Assembly: GCA_964016885.1 (NCBI GenBank)
Contig: OZ024744.1
Coordinates: 6,138,001-6,202,000, forward strand
Reading direction: 5' to 3'
Origin: Eledone cirrhosa
Taxonomy: Eukaryota
DNA: 64,000 bases
This document shows positions 16,201 to 26,391 of this stretch, piece by piece. How positions within the stretch are numbered: the stretch's first letter is position 1; each line of letters begins with the position of its first letter. Below the pieces are notes generated by a model. It was not told the DNA's origin and did no database searches. It worked only from the letters and a program-made list of their open reading frames with translations. The position numbers and the translations under genes were made by a program.

Positions 16201-17692
16201 CTCCGATAGCGTCGTCGGACGCTGGACGGAGGGCCCGGTGAAGTTGCTCGGGGTCTGGTTCGGACCGGACCTCCAGGTGGAGAAAAACTGGGCGGAGGTT
16301 ACGAACAGGGTGTTTGCACTGACCCAGAAGTGGGCCAGTTGCAAACTATCCCTGAAAGGTCGGGCGGAGGTGGCGAACACCTACATAGCGTCCGTCATCT
16401 ACTACCGCCTGACCGTAGTGCCCTGCCCAAGGGAAACCCTCACCAAGAAGGAGCGCGCGCTCTTCCAATTCCTTTGGAAGAGGCGGGCTCCTATGGTGAG
16501 GAGATCCATCTGCTGTCAACACCCTTCGAAAGGAGGGCTGGGGAAGCCGTGGCTAATGATGCGTAAACACGCATTAAGGCTACGGCACCTCTACGTATTC
16601 CTCACCGGACAACCGGTGTGGGCCTCGTTTGTGAGACGAACCTTTCCCAGACTCGTCTCACTCACCGAGCTGCAATCCTGGGTCAAGCAAAGACCGAGAA
16701 AACTGGGCGCCTGGCACACTGAGTGTGCCCAGGCGCTCACCGCCCTCTAGCAGGCGGATCCGGTTATCAGTGGAGACTCCACCGCAACATTCTATAGAGG
16801 GCTGGTACGCAGCAGGTGCGACGACGCCCTCGGAGAAGCCCTAGACATGGAGGAGGACGAACTGGCCAGCCTGTTCGGTAGGACATTCAGCCCGGGACCT
16901 ATGGACAACTTCCAGAAGTCCCTGGCCTGGCAGTGCTACCGAGGGGCTTTACCCGTTCGAGAAAGGCTCTACAGACACGGGCGCCCGGGTAGGGACCCCG
17001 CCAAAAAGTCTGTCCCAGATGCATGTGCGACGAGGAAACCGTTGCACACGCATTAGTACACTGCTCGGGCGTAGCCGATCTGTGGGGCTATGTCGAACAA
17101 CTGCTGTCAAGGGTGGGACCGATCCGGTTGACCACCGAGTCTATTGTAATGATCAAGCCGCCTCCCCCCTTCAAAGATGAAGCAGAGGCGGTGTTTCTGT
17201 GCGTAATAGCCATGGCGAAAGAGGTTGTATGGTGGACGCGTCTGAAAGGACTGAGGTCGGGCACCTTTCTCTCTGGCCAACAACTGGTCCGTTTCTTCCG
17301 ATATCATTTCGGAAGAAGGATCAGGATGGAGAGAGAGGTGCTGCACCCCAGCCGTTTCTATGAAAGATGGGTGAAAGTGGCGAGAATGGCCCGTGTGAAT
17401 GGGCCTTCACTCTACATCAGACTATAGGTGAGGAAGATGAAAGACCAAGGGAGCACCCCTTCTCTGTGCTCCTGAGGAGAAGGGTTGCACACTTTTTTCG
17501 GGGGTGTGTGCAACCCCCCCAAGGCGCCTCCTCTCTATTGAGGATTTTGTTAAAAATTTTATTTTTTGTTATATCTTATTTTATTTTTATATTTTGTTAT
17601 TGCCTTCTCCTTATTGAGGACGCCTTTTTGTGTAAACTCCCCCCTTTGTACTTGTCCCACTTTTGATGCCCTAGTGGCAAATAAAAGAAATA
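13255..17692 (+). mobile_element. L1/Tx1-clade non-LTR retrotransposon, family 1 copy A, 5'-truncated within ORF1
   Basis: Near-identical to ~19015-23453 from ACCACAACTACCACTACAAAAACAAC to the AATAAAAGAAATATATCTA 3' end; homopolymer indels in the ORF1 remnant. Confidence 0.95.
13991..17427 (+). pseudogene. Disrupted Tx1 ORF2 (APE endonuclease, RT, CCHC)
   Basis: Same protein as 19753-23190 but TGG>TGA at 14558-14560, TGG>TAG at 16748-16750 and a 1-bp deletion near 17009. Confidence 0.93.
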
Positions 17693-17735
17693 TATCTATA
17701 GGGGACCAATGTACACTATCTATCTATCTATCTCT
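17693..17735. repeat. Single unit of the 28-bp satellite followed by ~(TATC)3, separating Tx1 copies A and B
   Basis: TATCTATAGGGGACCAATGTACACTATCTATCTATCTATCTC matches the unit of the 23454-25299 array. Confidence 0.92.
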
Positions 17736-17943
17736 GGGATGGACACACGCGTATAACTTGCTGAGTAAGTTCTGTTTAAATTTCTATAGAAATTCTTGTC
17801 TGATAACATTAATTTTTGTGCCATGTTGTAGAGGGACTGCCAGGTCAAACTTTGATCTGGTCAGTCTCTCAAAATATTCTACGCCTTTAGGCGAAATAGT
17901 TAAAAAAAAAGTTTTTTCTTGTTGAAAAGTCAATATTTTTTAA

Positions 17944-19728
17944 ATGGCCGAAGCTTCTTCACCAAAATTCGAAGGAGGAAAGGGGAAGATGAACTTACAG
18001 CTCCCCCCTGCCACTGTCACAGTAGCAGAGGTCAAGAAGATAGGTCAGCCAGAGGAAGAATTCTCTCCACCTGTTAACCGACAACTTGACGTTGCCATGG
18101 CAACAACCCAAAGAACCAGCAACAACAGCAACAACAACAACAATGCGACGGACGAAAACAACACCAATAACAATAACAATAACAACAACAAGACCAATAA
18201 CGGTGACAACAACAACAATGATAACAACAACACCACCAACGACAACAACACAAACAAACAAAATTTCTCCTTCGCCGAGACGACAAGGAAAACCCTCGAC
18301 TATCTGCCAGTAGATATAACAAAAGCGAAGGAGCTACTGGCGGATGCGAAAAAATATATAGTGTACGGGGAAAATGGTTCATTCACAATCCATTCCCCCC
18401 CGGAACTAAAAAGCCAGAGACTCCTAAACACGGTCATGTTTAGGACAATCTCGAACAAAAGTAAAAAACCAGCTCAACCATCACAGAGCGAGATGGAGCT
18501 GGTTTTAAAAGACGTCATGAAGGACATCACCTTCATTCAGAAGGATAGACTCTACGGGAGTCTATCCATTCTCATGAAGGACAGGGACACAGCAGTGAAA
18601 CTGTCCATCAAACCAATCACATCCACCGCATACACCTTCTACCCTACGTACATGGGTAGAAGAACACAAAAAATAAAAATCCACACCATCCTGCCGATTA
18701 TGGACATATGGTGGGTTTTGACAGGTTTTCTGGACCTGGAGGATGACATGCTGGTGTCCATGGGAAAGGCATCGGGTGACGCGTTCAGTGGAACGAGCCT
18801 CGAACTTGTAGTTCAAATGAGGCCCGAAAGGATCTCCCAGATCCCTGAACGCGTCATACTGGATGATCTAACCTTCATCAACATTACCGTTGAGGGTAGA
18901 CGGCCCTCGTGTTACCTCTGCGGAACCAGAGGTCACCTGAGGGCTGTCTGTCCCCAACTTAATAAGAAAACCCCAATCCTGCCTACACCACCAACAACTG
19001 CACAACCAACACAATCACCACAACTACCACTACAAAAACAACCACCACAGCTCAAACCAAAACAAAACAATGTCCAACCCATCCCCTCCACTCAAAAAAC
19101 AAAAACAATTTCCAAAACACCCGTACCGCAAACACAACCCGAAAATATACCCCTCCCCTCCAACGCGGAAGATGACCCTAGTTCGTCGTCAGACGAGGAG
19201 GAGCACTTCCACACAATCAAAAGAAAAAAAAGAAAACACACCTCAGACACACAAATGAAAAAAACCCCTCCCCAAAACATAACACTGACACCAACACAAA
19301 AGAGCTCACAACAGCAAACAAAAAACACCACACAAAAACAAAAACATGCATACACATACATAAATACAAGAAACAAAAAACTGTTAAACATTGTGTACAA
19401 CAACAATCTAATAAAAACACAAGGGCCTAACTTCACCCAGGCAGGGGATTTCCCCCACCTCAAAATGATTAAGGCCCCACAGGACACCTATAAAACTTTA
19501 AAAAACAATTTTAAAGAGGACGTGGGTCCCCCCTGCGTCGGGCCCATTAACCGCGTCCTCCTAAAAAACTATCCCACCCCCTCCCCAAACACCCTCACAA
19601 CTCCAAGCTCCCCAACCACACAACAGACTGATGCCCCCACACTTCCACAAACCACCACCCCACCCAACAACCCATCCCCCACCCTAATGGAAATTGTGCA
19701 GCCCGATACCCGGGACGCAGAGAGGTAA
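17944..19728 (+). CDS. Tx1 ORF1 (gag-like nucleic-acid-binding protein), 594 aa
   Basis: Zinc knuckle CYLCGTRGHLRAVC preceded by VEGRRP, putative RRM-like region upstream, N/T- and P/T/Q-rich low-complexity segments, basic KRKKRK; homologs at 41266-41950 and 57794-59755. Confidence 0.88.
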   Translation: MAEASSPKFEGGKGKMNLQLPPATVTVAEVKKIGQPEEEFSPPVNRQLDVAMATTQRTSNNSNNNNNATDENNTNNNNNNNNKTNNGDNNNNDNNNTTNDNNTNKQNFSFAETTRKTLDYLPVDITKAKELLADAKKYIVYGENGSFTIHSPPELKSQRLLNTVMFRTISNKSKKPAQPSQSEMELVLKDVMKDITFIQKDRLYGSLSILMKDRDTAVKLSIKPITSTAYTFYPTYMGRRTQKIKIHTILPIMDIWWVLTGFLDLEDDMLVSMGKASGDAFSGTSLELVVQMRPERISQIPERVILDDLTFINITVEGRRPSCYLCGTRGHLRAVCPQLNKKTPILPTPPTTAQPTQSPQLPLQKQPPQLKPKQNNVQPIPSTQKTKTISKTPVPQTQPENIPLPSNAEDDPSSSSDEEEHFHTIKRKKRKHTSDTQMKKTPPQNITLTPTQKSSQQQTKNTTQKQKHAYTYINTRNKKLLNIVYNNNLIKTQGPNFTQAGDFPHLKMIKAPQDTYKTLKNNFKEDVGPPCVGPINRVLLKNYPTPSPNTLTTPSSPTTQQTDAPTLPQTTTPPNNPSPTLMEIVQPDTRDAER

Positions 19729-19752
19729 GTGCCTTTTCTCTTCACCACCAAC

Positions 19753-22700
19753 ATGGCTATGCTAAGAGTAGGCTGTTTAAATGCGCGTGGCCTGGGCTCA
19801 ACTTGGAAGCAAGCAATGCTTCTAAATGACCTCAGGTCACAACGTATAGATGTGATGGTTATTTGCGAGGCCCGGATCAGCAACGTGCGACAGCTGGCCC
19901 CCACCTTTGATGACTTTGAGATGCACGCATCTCTCTGTCAGCCCGGAGGTGGGGGTAGAGTTGTCGTTCTGCTGCAAAAACATCTGGGTCTCGCAACACA
20001 GATGGTACATTTGGACCCGGAGGGTCGACTAGTGGTTCTGGACCTTGGCAGTGGTAAAGGCGGAGCGTTTAGGTTGGTAGCCACCTACGGCCCTTTCGGG
20101 TCAATGCGGCCGGACTTCTTCCATCGTCTGGAGACTTTTCTAGGGACGTCCCGCTCCTTGCTATTAGTGGGGGACTGGAATGGTATCCTAGATGCACGCT
20201 GGGACTACGTAGGGGCCTGCCCCGATAGAGAGGGGTGTAATAGCCTCAAAGGGTTAATCGGTCGATTTGACCTGGCCGATAGATATCGACTAGATTTTCC
20301 GACTGCGCCAACCTGGACTTGGGCAAATCGTAGCGGATCATCTAGGTCGTACCTAGATAGGTTCTTAGTTAGAATTAAGGATAAGGACTTTTTAAGTTGT
20401 CCAAAAATGCGCATTGTTGGCTATTCAGACCACAAATTAGTGACCTGCATGGTCAACCTTGACAGAACTCATAGACAGGGCCCCGGTTACTGGAAGCTCA
20501 ACTTGTCCTTGCCGGCAAGTAGAGCCTACAGGAATCGGATTAGTACGTTAGTTAAGGAACGGTTGACTGGAGCGATCGTCAACAGCAGGTGGTGGGTATC
20601 TCTAAAGAGAGAGATTAGAGTAGTCTCGATAGAATTTAGTAAGGTTCTAGCTGCGGATAGGAATAGGAAGGAAAGGGAGCTAATAGATAGAGTAGAAGAG
20701 GCAATTAGAAGCGGCGACGTGGCCAGAGTGCTAGCGTCGAGAACGGCTTTGAGCCAGTTTTTCGATGCGAAGGACGAAGGCTGCGTTGTCCGAAGTAAAA
20801 TACGTGCTCTAGGGAACGAGAGGACCAAAGCTGTTAGCTGGGCCCGCGTGACAGAGGCCAACAGTGGAACTAAATCCACCATCCGGTCTTTGCGAGACCT
20901 GGATGGACGGGCGATTCTTGAGCCTAAGCAGATGTGTGAGGCCTTTCAAAGGCACTTTGCCCGACTGTTCGGGAGGGGCGGGGAGCCGGTTGGGAACGTG
21001 GACTTCGGTCCATACCTCGACGGCCTGCCGCGCCTCTCGGACAGGGAGGCGAAGTCCTGCGAGGAGCCGATTTCGGCCGCTGAGATAGAGGACGTGCTGA
21101 GCCAATGCGGCAAACGCAAATCCCCGGGTCTCGATGGTCTTCCTTACGAATTATATCTAGCTATGCCGGACTTGTTCCCCGATCTCCTCGAGGCGGTCTA
21201 CTGCAACTGGCAACAGAACGGGAGAATTCCCTGTACTGTGACCAAGGGCGTAGTCACGCTAGTGAGGAAGGACGAGAACAAGGGGGACGAAATAAGTAAC
21301 TTCAGGCCCATAACACTGCTAAATACAGAGTTACAGATTTTGGCCAAGGTGCTAGCAAAGAGGTTGGCGCTTGTCGTGGGCAACCTGGTGGGAGATGCGC
21401 AGACATGCGCTATCCCGTCCAGGTCCATCCATGACAACCTCCACCTCATGCGATACATCATAGAGAGGGTTGGGAACGAACCCGGCTTTGGTGGGGCTCT
21501 GATCAACTTGGATCAATCTAAGGCGTTCGATAGGGTCGACCATGGTTACCTGGATGCGGTGCTAGCGGCGGCAGGCTTCGGACCCGTTTTCAGGGGCTGG
21601 ATCACTGCTATGCACAGCAGCCGCATCTGCTCTAGGGTCAAGGTGAACGGCTACCTCTCGGAGCCGTTCAAAATCGCGCGGTCCATCCGACAAGGGTGCC
21701 CTCTCTCCTCCCTTCTGTATGTGTTGACTCTCGAGCCACTACTGCGGAAGTTGGAGTTGTTGCAGGGCATCCCTTTGGAACCGGGATTGCGGAAAGCGGT
21801 GTCGGCCTACGCCGATGACGTGACAGTAATGGTGTCGACGGCCTCCGAAATCGAGGCGGTCGGCACCTTACTGGAGGAGTACGAAAAGTTCACAGGGGCT
21901 AAGCTGAACCGGGACAAGTCGATCGGTTTGCAACTCGGCACGTGGAGGGGCAGACCGATGCCCTCCGATAGCGTCGTCGGACGCTGGACGGAGGGCCCGG
22001 TGAAGTTGCTCGGGGTCTGGTTCGGACCGGACCTCCAGGTGGAGAAAAACTGGGCGGAGGTTACGAACAGGGTGTTTGCACTGACCCAGAAGTGGGCCAG
22101 TTGCAAACTATCCCTGAAAGGTCGGGCGGAGGTGGCGAACACCTACATAGCGTCCGTCATCTACTACCGCCTGACCGTAGTGCCCTGCCCAAGGGAAACC
22201 CTCACCAAGATGGAGCGCGCGCTCTTCCAATTCCTTTGGAAGAAGCGGGCTCCTATGGTGAGGAGATCCATCTGCTGTCAACACCCTTCGAAAGGAGGGC
22301 TGGGGATGCCGTGGCTAATGATGCGTAAACACGCATTAAGGCTACGGCACCTCTACGTATTCCTCACCGGACAACCGGTGTGGGCCTCGTTTGTGAGACG
22401 AACCTTTCCCAGACTCGTCTCACTCACCGAGCTGCAATCCTGGGTCAAGCAAAGACCGAGAAAACTGGGCGCCTGGCACACTGAGTGTGCCCAGGCGCTC
22501 ACCGCCCTCTGGCAGGCGGATCCGGTTATCAGTGGAGACTCCACCGCAACATTCTATAGAGGGCTGGTGCGCAGCAGGTGCGACGACGCCCTCGGAAAAG
22601 CCCTAGACATGGAGGAGGACGAACTGGCCAGCCTGTTCGGTAGGACATTCAGCCCGGGACCTATGGACAACTTCCAGAAGTCCCTGGCCTGGCAGTGTTA

Positions 22701-23190
22701 CCGAGGGGCTTTACCCGTTCGAGAAAGGCTCTACAGACACGGGCGCCCGGGTAGGGACCCCGCCAAAAAGATCTGTCCCAGATGCGTGTGCGACGAGGAA
22801 ACCGTTCCACACGCATTAGTACACTGCTCGGGCGTAGCCGATCTGTGGGGCTATGTCGAACAACTGCTGTCAAGGGTGGGACTGATCCGGTTGACCGCCG
22901 AGTCTATTGTAATGATCAAGCCGCCTCCCCCCTTCAAAGATGAAGCAGAGGCGGTGTTTCTGTGCGTAATAGCCATGGCGAAAGAGGTTGTATGGTGGAC
23001 GCGTCTGAAAGGACTGAGGTCGGGCACCTTTCTCTCTGGCCAACAACTGGTCCGTTTCTTCCGATATCATTTCGGAAGAAGGATCAGGATGGAGAGAGAG
23101 GTGCTGCACCCCAGCCGTTTCTATGAAAGATGGGTGAAAGTGGCGAGAATGGCCCGTGTGAATGGGCCTTCACTCTACATCAGACTATAG
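19753..23190 (+). CDS. Tx1 ORF2: APE endonuclease + reverse transcriptase + C-terminal CCHC, open reading frame
   Basis: APE motifs LNARGL, ICEAR, GDWN, YLDRFL, SDH; GPGYWKLN; RT motifs KSPGLDG, FRPITLLN, LDQSKAFDRVDH, RQGCPLS, AYADD; CPRCVCDEETVPHALVHC. First ATG 19753 (ORF track opens at GTG 19729). Confidence 0.97.
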   Translation: MAMLRVGCLNARGLGSTWKQAMLLNDLRSQRIDVMVICEARISNVRQLAPTFDDFEMHASLCQPGGGGRVVVLLQKHLGLATQMVHLDPEGRLVVLDLGSGKGGAFRLVATYGPFGSMRPDFFHRLETFLGTSRSLLLVGDWNGILDARWDYVGACPDREGCNSLKGLIGRFDLADRYRLDFPTAPTWTWANRSGSSRSYLDRFLVRIKDKDFLSCPKMRIVGYSDHKLVTCMVNLDRTHRQGPGYWKLNLSLPASRAYRNRISTLVKERLTGAIVNSRWWVSLKREIRVVSIEFSKVLAADRNRKERELIDRVEEAIRSGDVARVLASRTALSQFFDAKDEGCVVRSKIRALGNERTKAVSWARVTEANSGTKSTIRSLRDLDGRAILEPKQMCEAFQRHFARLFGRGGEPVGNVDFGPYLDGLPRLSDREAKSCEEPISAAEIEDVLSQCGKRKSPGLDGLPYELYLAMPDLFPDLLEAVYCNWQQNGRIPCTVTKGVVTLVRKDENKGDEISNFRPITLLNTELQILAKVLAKRLALVVGNLVGDAQTCAIPSRSIHDNLHLMRYIIERVGNEPGFGGALINLDQSKAFDRVDHGYLDAVLAAAGFGPVFRGWITAMHSSRICSRVKVNGYLSEPFKIARSIRQGCPLSSLLYVLTLEPLLRKLELLQGIPLEPGLRKAVSAYADDVTVMVSTASEIEAVGTLLEEYEKFTGAKLNRDKSIGLQLGTWRGRPMPSDSVVGRWTEGPVKLLGVWFGPDLQVEKNWAEVTNRVFALTQKWASCKLSLKGRAEVANTYIASVIYYRLTVVPCPRETLTKMERALFQFLWKKRAPMVRRSICCQHPSKGGLGMPWLMMRKHALRLRHLYVFLTGQPVWASFVRRTFPRLVSLTELQSWVKQRPRKLGAWHTECAQALTALWQADPVISGDSTATFYRGLVRSRCDDALGKALDMEEDELASLFGRTFSPGPMDNFQKSLAWQCYRGALPVRERLYRHGRPGRDPAKKICPRCVCDEETVPHALVHCSGVADLWGYVEQLLSRVGLIRLTAESIVMIKPPPPFKDEAEAVFLCVIAMAKEVVWWTRLKGLRSGTFLSGQQLVRFFRYHFGRRIRMEREVLHPSRFYERWVKVARMARVNGPSLYIRL

Positions 23191-23453
23191 GTGAGGAAGA
23201 TGAAAGACCAAGGGAGCACCCCTTCTCTGTGCTCCTGAGGAGAAGGGTTGCGCACTTTTTTCGGGGGTGTGTGCGACCCCCAAGGCGCCTCCTCTCTATT
23301 GAGGATTTTGTTAAAAATTTTATTTTTTGTTATATCTTATTTTATTTTTATATTTTGTTATTGCCTCCTCCTTATTGAGGACGCCTTTTTGTGTAAACTC
23401 CCCCCTTTGTACTTGTCCCACTTTTGATGCCCTAGTGACAAATAAAAGAAATA

Positions 23454-25299
23454 TATCTATAGGGGACCAATGTCCACTACCTATCTATAGGTGACCAATG
23501 TCCACTACCTATCTATAAGTGACCAATGTACACTACCTAACTATAGGTGACCAATGTCCACTACCTATCTATAGGTGACCAATGTCCACTACCTAACTAT
23601 AGGTGACCAATGTCCACTACCTATCTATAGGTGACCAATGTCCACTACCTAACTATAGGTGACCAATGTCCACTACCTAACTATAGGTGACCAATGTCCA
23701 CTACCTAACTATAGGTGACCAATGTCCACTACCTATCTATAGGGGACCAATGTCCACTACCTATCTATAGTTGACCAATGTCCACTACCTATCTATAGGT
23801 GACCAATGTACACTACCTAACTATAGGGGACCAATGTCCCCTACCTAACTATAGAGGACCAATGTACACTACCCAACTATAGGGGACCAATGTACACTAC
23901 CGAACTATAGGGGACCAATGTCCACTACCTATCTATAGGTGACCAATGTCCACTACCTATCTATAGGTGACCAATGTCCACTACCTAACTATAGGGGACC
24001 AATGTCCACTACCTAACTATAGGGGACCAATGTCCACTACCTAACTATAGGGGACCAATGTCCACTACCTAACTATAGAGGACCAATGTCCACTACCTAT
24101 CTATGGGGACCTATGTCCACTACCTAACTATAGGTGACCAATGTCCACTACCCAACTATAGGGGACCAATGTACACTACCCAACTATAGGGGACCAATGT
24201 CCACTACCTAACTATAGGTGACCAATGTCCACTACCTAACTATAGGTGACCAATGTCCACTACCTAACTATAGGGGACCAATGTCCACTACCTAACTATA
24301 TGTGACCAATGTCCACTACCCAACTATAGGGGACCAATGTCCACTACCTATCTATAGGTGACCAATGTCCACTACCTATCTATAGATGACCAATGTCCAC
24401 TACCTAACTATAGGGGACCAATGTCCACTACCTAACTATAGGGGACCAATGTCCACTACCTAACTATAGGGGACCAATGTCCACTACCTAACTATAGGTG
24501 ACCATTGTCCACTATCTTACTATAGGTGACCAATGTCCACTACCTTACTATAGGGAACCAATGTCCACTACCTAACTATAGGTGACCAATGTCCACTACC
24601 TATCTATAGGTGACCAATGTCCACTACCTAACTATAGGTGACCAATGTACACTACCTAACTATAGGGGACCAATGTCCACTACCTAACTATAGGGGACCA
24701 ATGTCCACTACCTATCTATAGGTGACCAATGTCCACTACCTAACTATAGGGCACCAATGTCCACTACCCAACTATAGGGGACCAATGTACACTACCCAAC
24801 TATAGGGGACCAATGTCCACTACCTATCTATAGGTGACCAATGTACACTACCCAACTATAGGGGACCAATGTACACTATCCAACTATAGGGGACCAATGT
24901 CCACTACCTAACTATAGGTGACCAATGTCCACTACCTAACTATAGGTGACCAATGTCCACTACCTATCTATAGGTGACCAATGTCCACTACCTAACTATA
25001 GGGGACCAATGTCCACTACCTAACTATAGGGGACCAATGTCCACTACCTAACTATAGGGGATCAATGTCCACTACCTAACTATAGGTGACCAATGTACAC
25101 TACCCAACTATAGGGGACCAATGTACACTACCCAACTATAGGGGACCAATGTACACTACCTATCTATAGGTGACCAATGTTCACTACCTATCTATAGGTG
25201 ACCAATGTCCACTACCTAACTATAGGTGACCAATGTACACTACCTAACTATAGGGGACCAATGTCCACTACCTAACTATAGAGGACCAATGTCCACTAC
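23454..25299. repeat. 28-bp tandem satellite/minisatellite, ~66 units
   Basis: Consensus CTATAGG(G/T)GACCAATGT(C/A)CACTACC(T/C)A(A/T), constant 28-bp period, no spacers. Confidence 0.97.
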
Positions 25300-25760
25300 G
25301 GCAATGACCTGAGGTCAGTGTAGCTGTTAAAACAGGCAGTATGTGTAGTCAGGTTTATGTTATATATCTGACATGTCCGATAACATAAATAATTAAAAAA
25401 TCAATGAAATTCTTACAATAATCTGTTTGGATTTAGTTCAGAGCAATAAAAATAACCGGTTGATTCCAGCTATTTATGTAATGTACGCATTGCGAATATG
25501 TGATGTCTCAATGTTGAATGTTTCCAACGTAAGTAATTAGAGATTTCAATATATTATATTATATAGCGACAGTAGATATATTTAATGTGGACATGTTAGA
25601 CGACATAATTAACTAAAAATGTTATCGCAGACGAATTATGGGAAAGATATATCAGCATAAGACTTCCTTTCTGCTGATATATCAGGAGTGGACTGGGGAA
25701 AAGGCCGTGAAAGATGGCTGGATAAGGTTTAAAGAATAGAGCACATTCTATGTATGTATG

Positions 25761-26302
25761 TTATCTCTTTCTCTTAATTTCGACTATATTTTTTTGACCG
25801 GCCACGTTCCTGGTGGCAAGGTTGTAAAAGAAAAGAAATTGTCATCCCTTGAATCGCAAGAATGTTTTGCAAATTTTGAAGGTGCCAGCTATCGCAGCCA
25901 TTTGTAGACTATGAATTAGGAAGCTGCGCTCTTTGTCCGCAAATCCAAGTTCAGTCATACTTTGGTCCAAGCGGGTTGGTATATAACCCGTAGCTCCAAT
26001 AATGATGGGTATGAAGCTAAAGGTGTATCTTGGATACTGGATTTGTAAACTCCTCATCAATGGTCCGTAGATGTCCTTCTTCTCCTGTATTTTTCTGACA
26101 ACGTTTACATCAAGTGGGCAGCTGATCTCCACAACAGAACACGTTTTCAACGTGTGGTCCCAAACAACAATATCAGGCCGGTTGTGCTTTAATTTGGTGG
26201 CAGTTTTTATTTTCAGGTTCCACCAGTATTCCTTAGTGCCATCTGTCTCAATATATTCTTCCTCATTTGTTGTTAATTTTGTTTTCCGAAGTGCGTCCCA
26301 GA
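25761..26302 (-). mobile_element. 3' fragment of an RLE-type non-LTR retrotransposon (R4-like, third family)
   Basis: Translation KHNRPDIVVWD...VVEISCP...QEKKDIY...PIIIGATG (PD-(D/E)xK RLE); TATG repeats at both sides. Confidence 0.8.
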
Positions 26303-26391
26303 TGTATGTATGTATGTATGTATGTATGTATGTATGTATGTATGTATGTATGTATGTATGTATGTATGTATGTATGTATGTATATAAGTAT
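26302..26391. repeat. (TATG)n microsatellite
   Basis: Direct reading. Confidence 0.97.

Larger units (their letters stand above)
17736..23453 (+). mobile_element. Full-length L1/Tx1-clade non-LTR retrotransposon, family 1 copy B
   Basis: ~210 bp 5' UTR, ORF1, ORF2, ~260 bp T-rich 3' UTR with AATAAA at 23441-23446; 5' boundary approximate. Confidence 0.95.

Noticed and set aside
14558-16750. APOBEC-type G>A hypermutation in copy A (two TGG-derived stops)
   Set aside because: Only two events, and other substitutions are of mixed types; no clear strand-biased cluster by eye.
14443-22873. Antisense and alternate-frame ORFs recurring in each Tx1 ORF2 copy
   Set aside because: Recurrence follows from copy similarity and GC-rich codon usage; no motifs of their own.
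23454-25299. CRISPR-like array (28-bp period)
   Set aside because: Units are contiguous with no unique spacers, no cas genes, eukaryotic context.
23454-25299. Canonical telomeric repeat
   Set aside because: Only an isolated CCTAA in some units; no tandem TTAGG or TTAGGG anywhere in the window.
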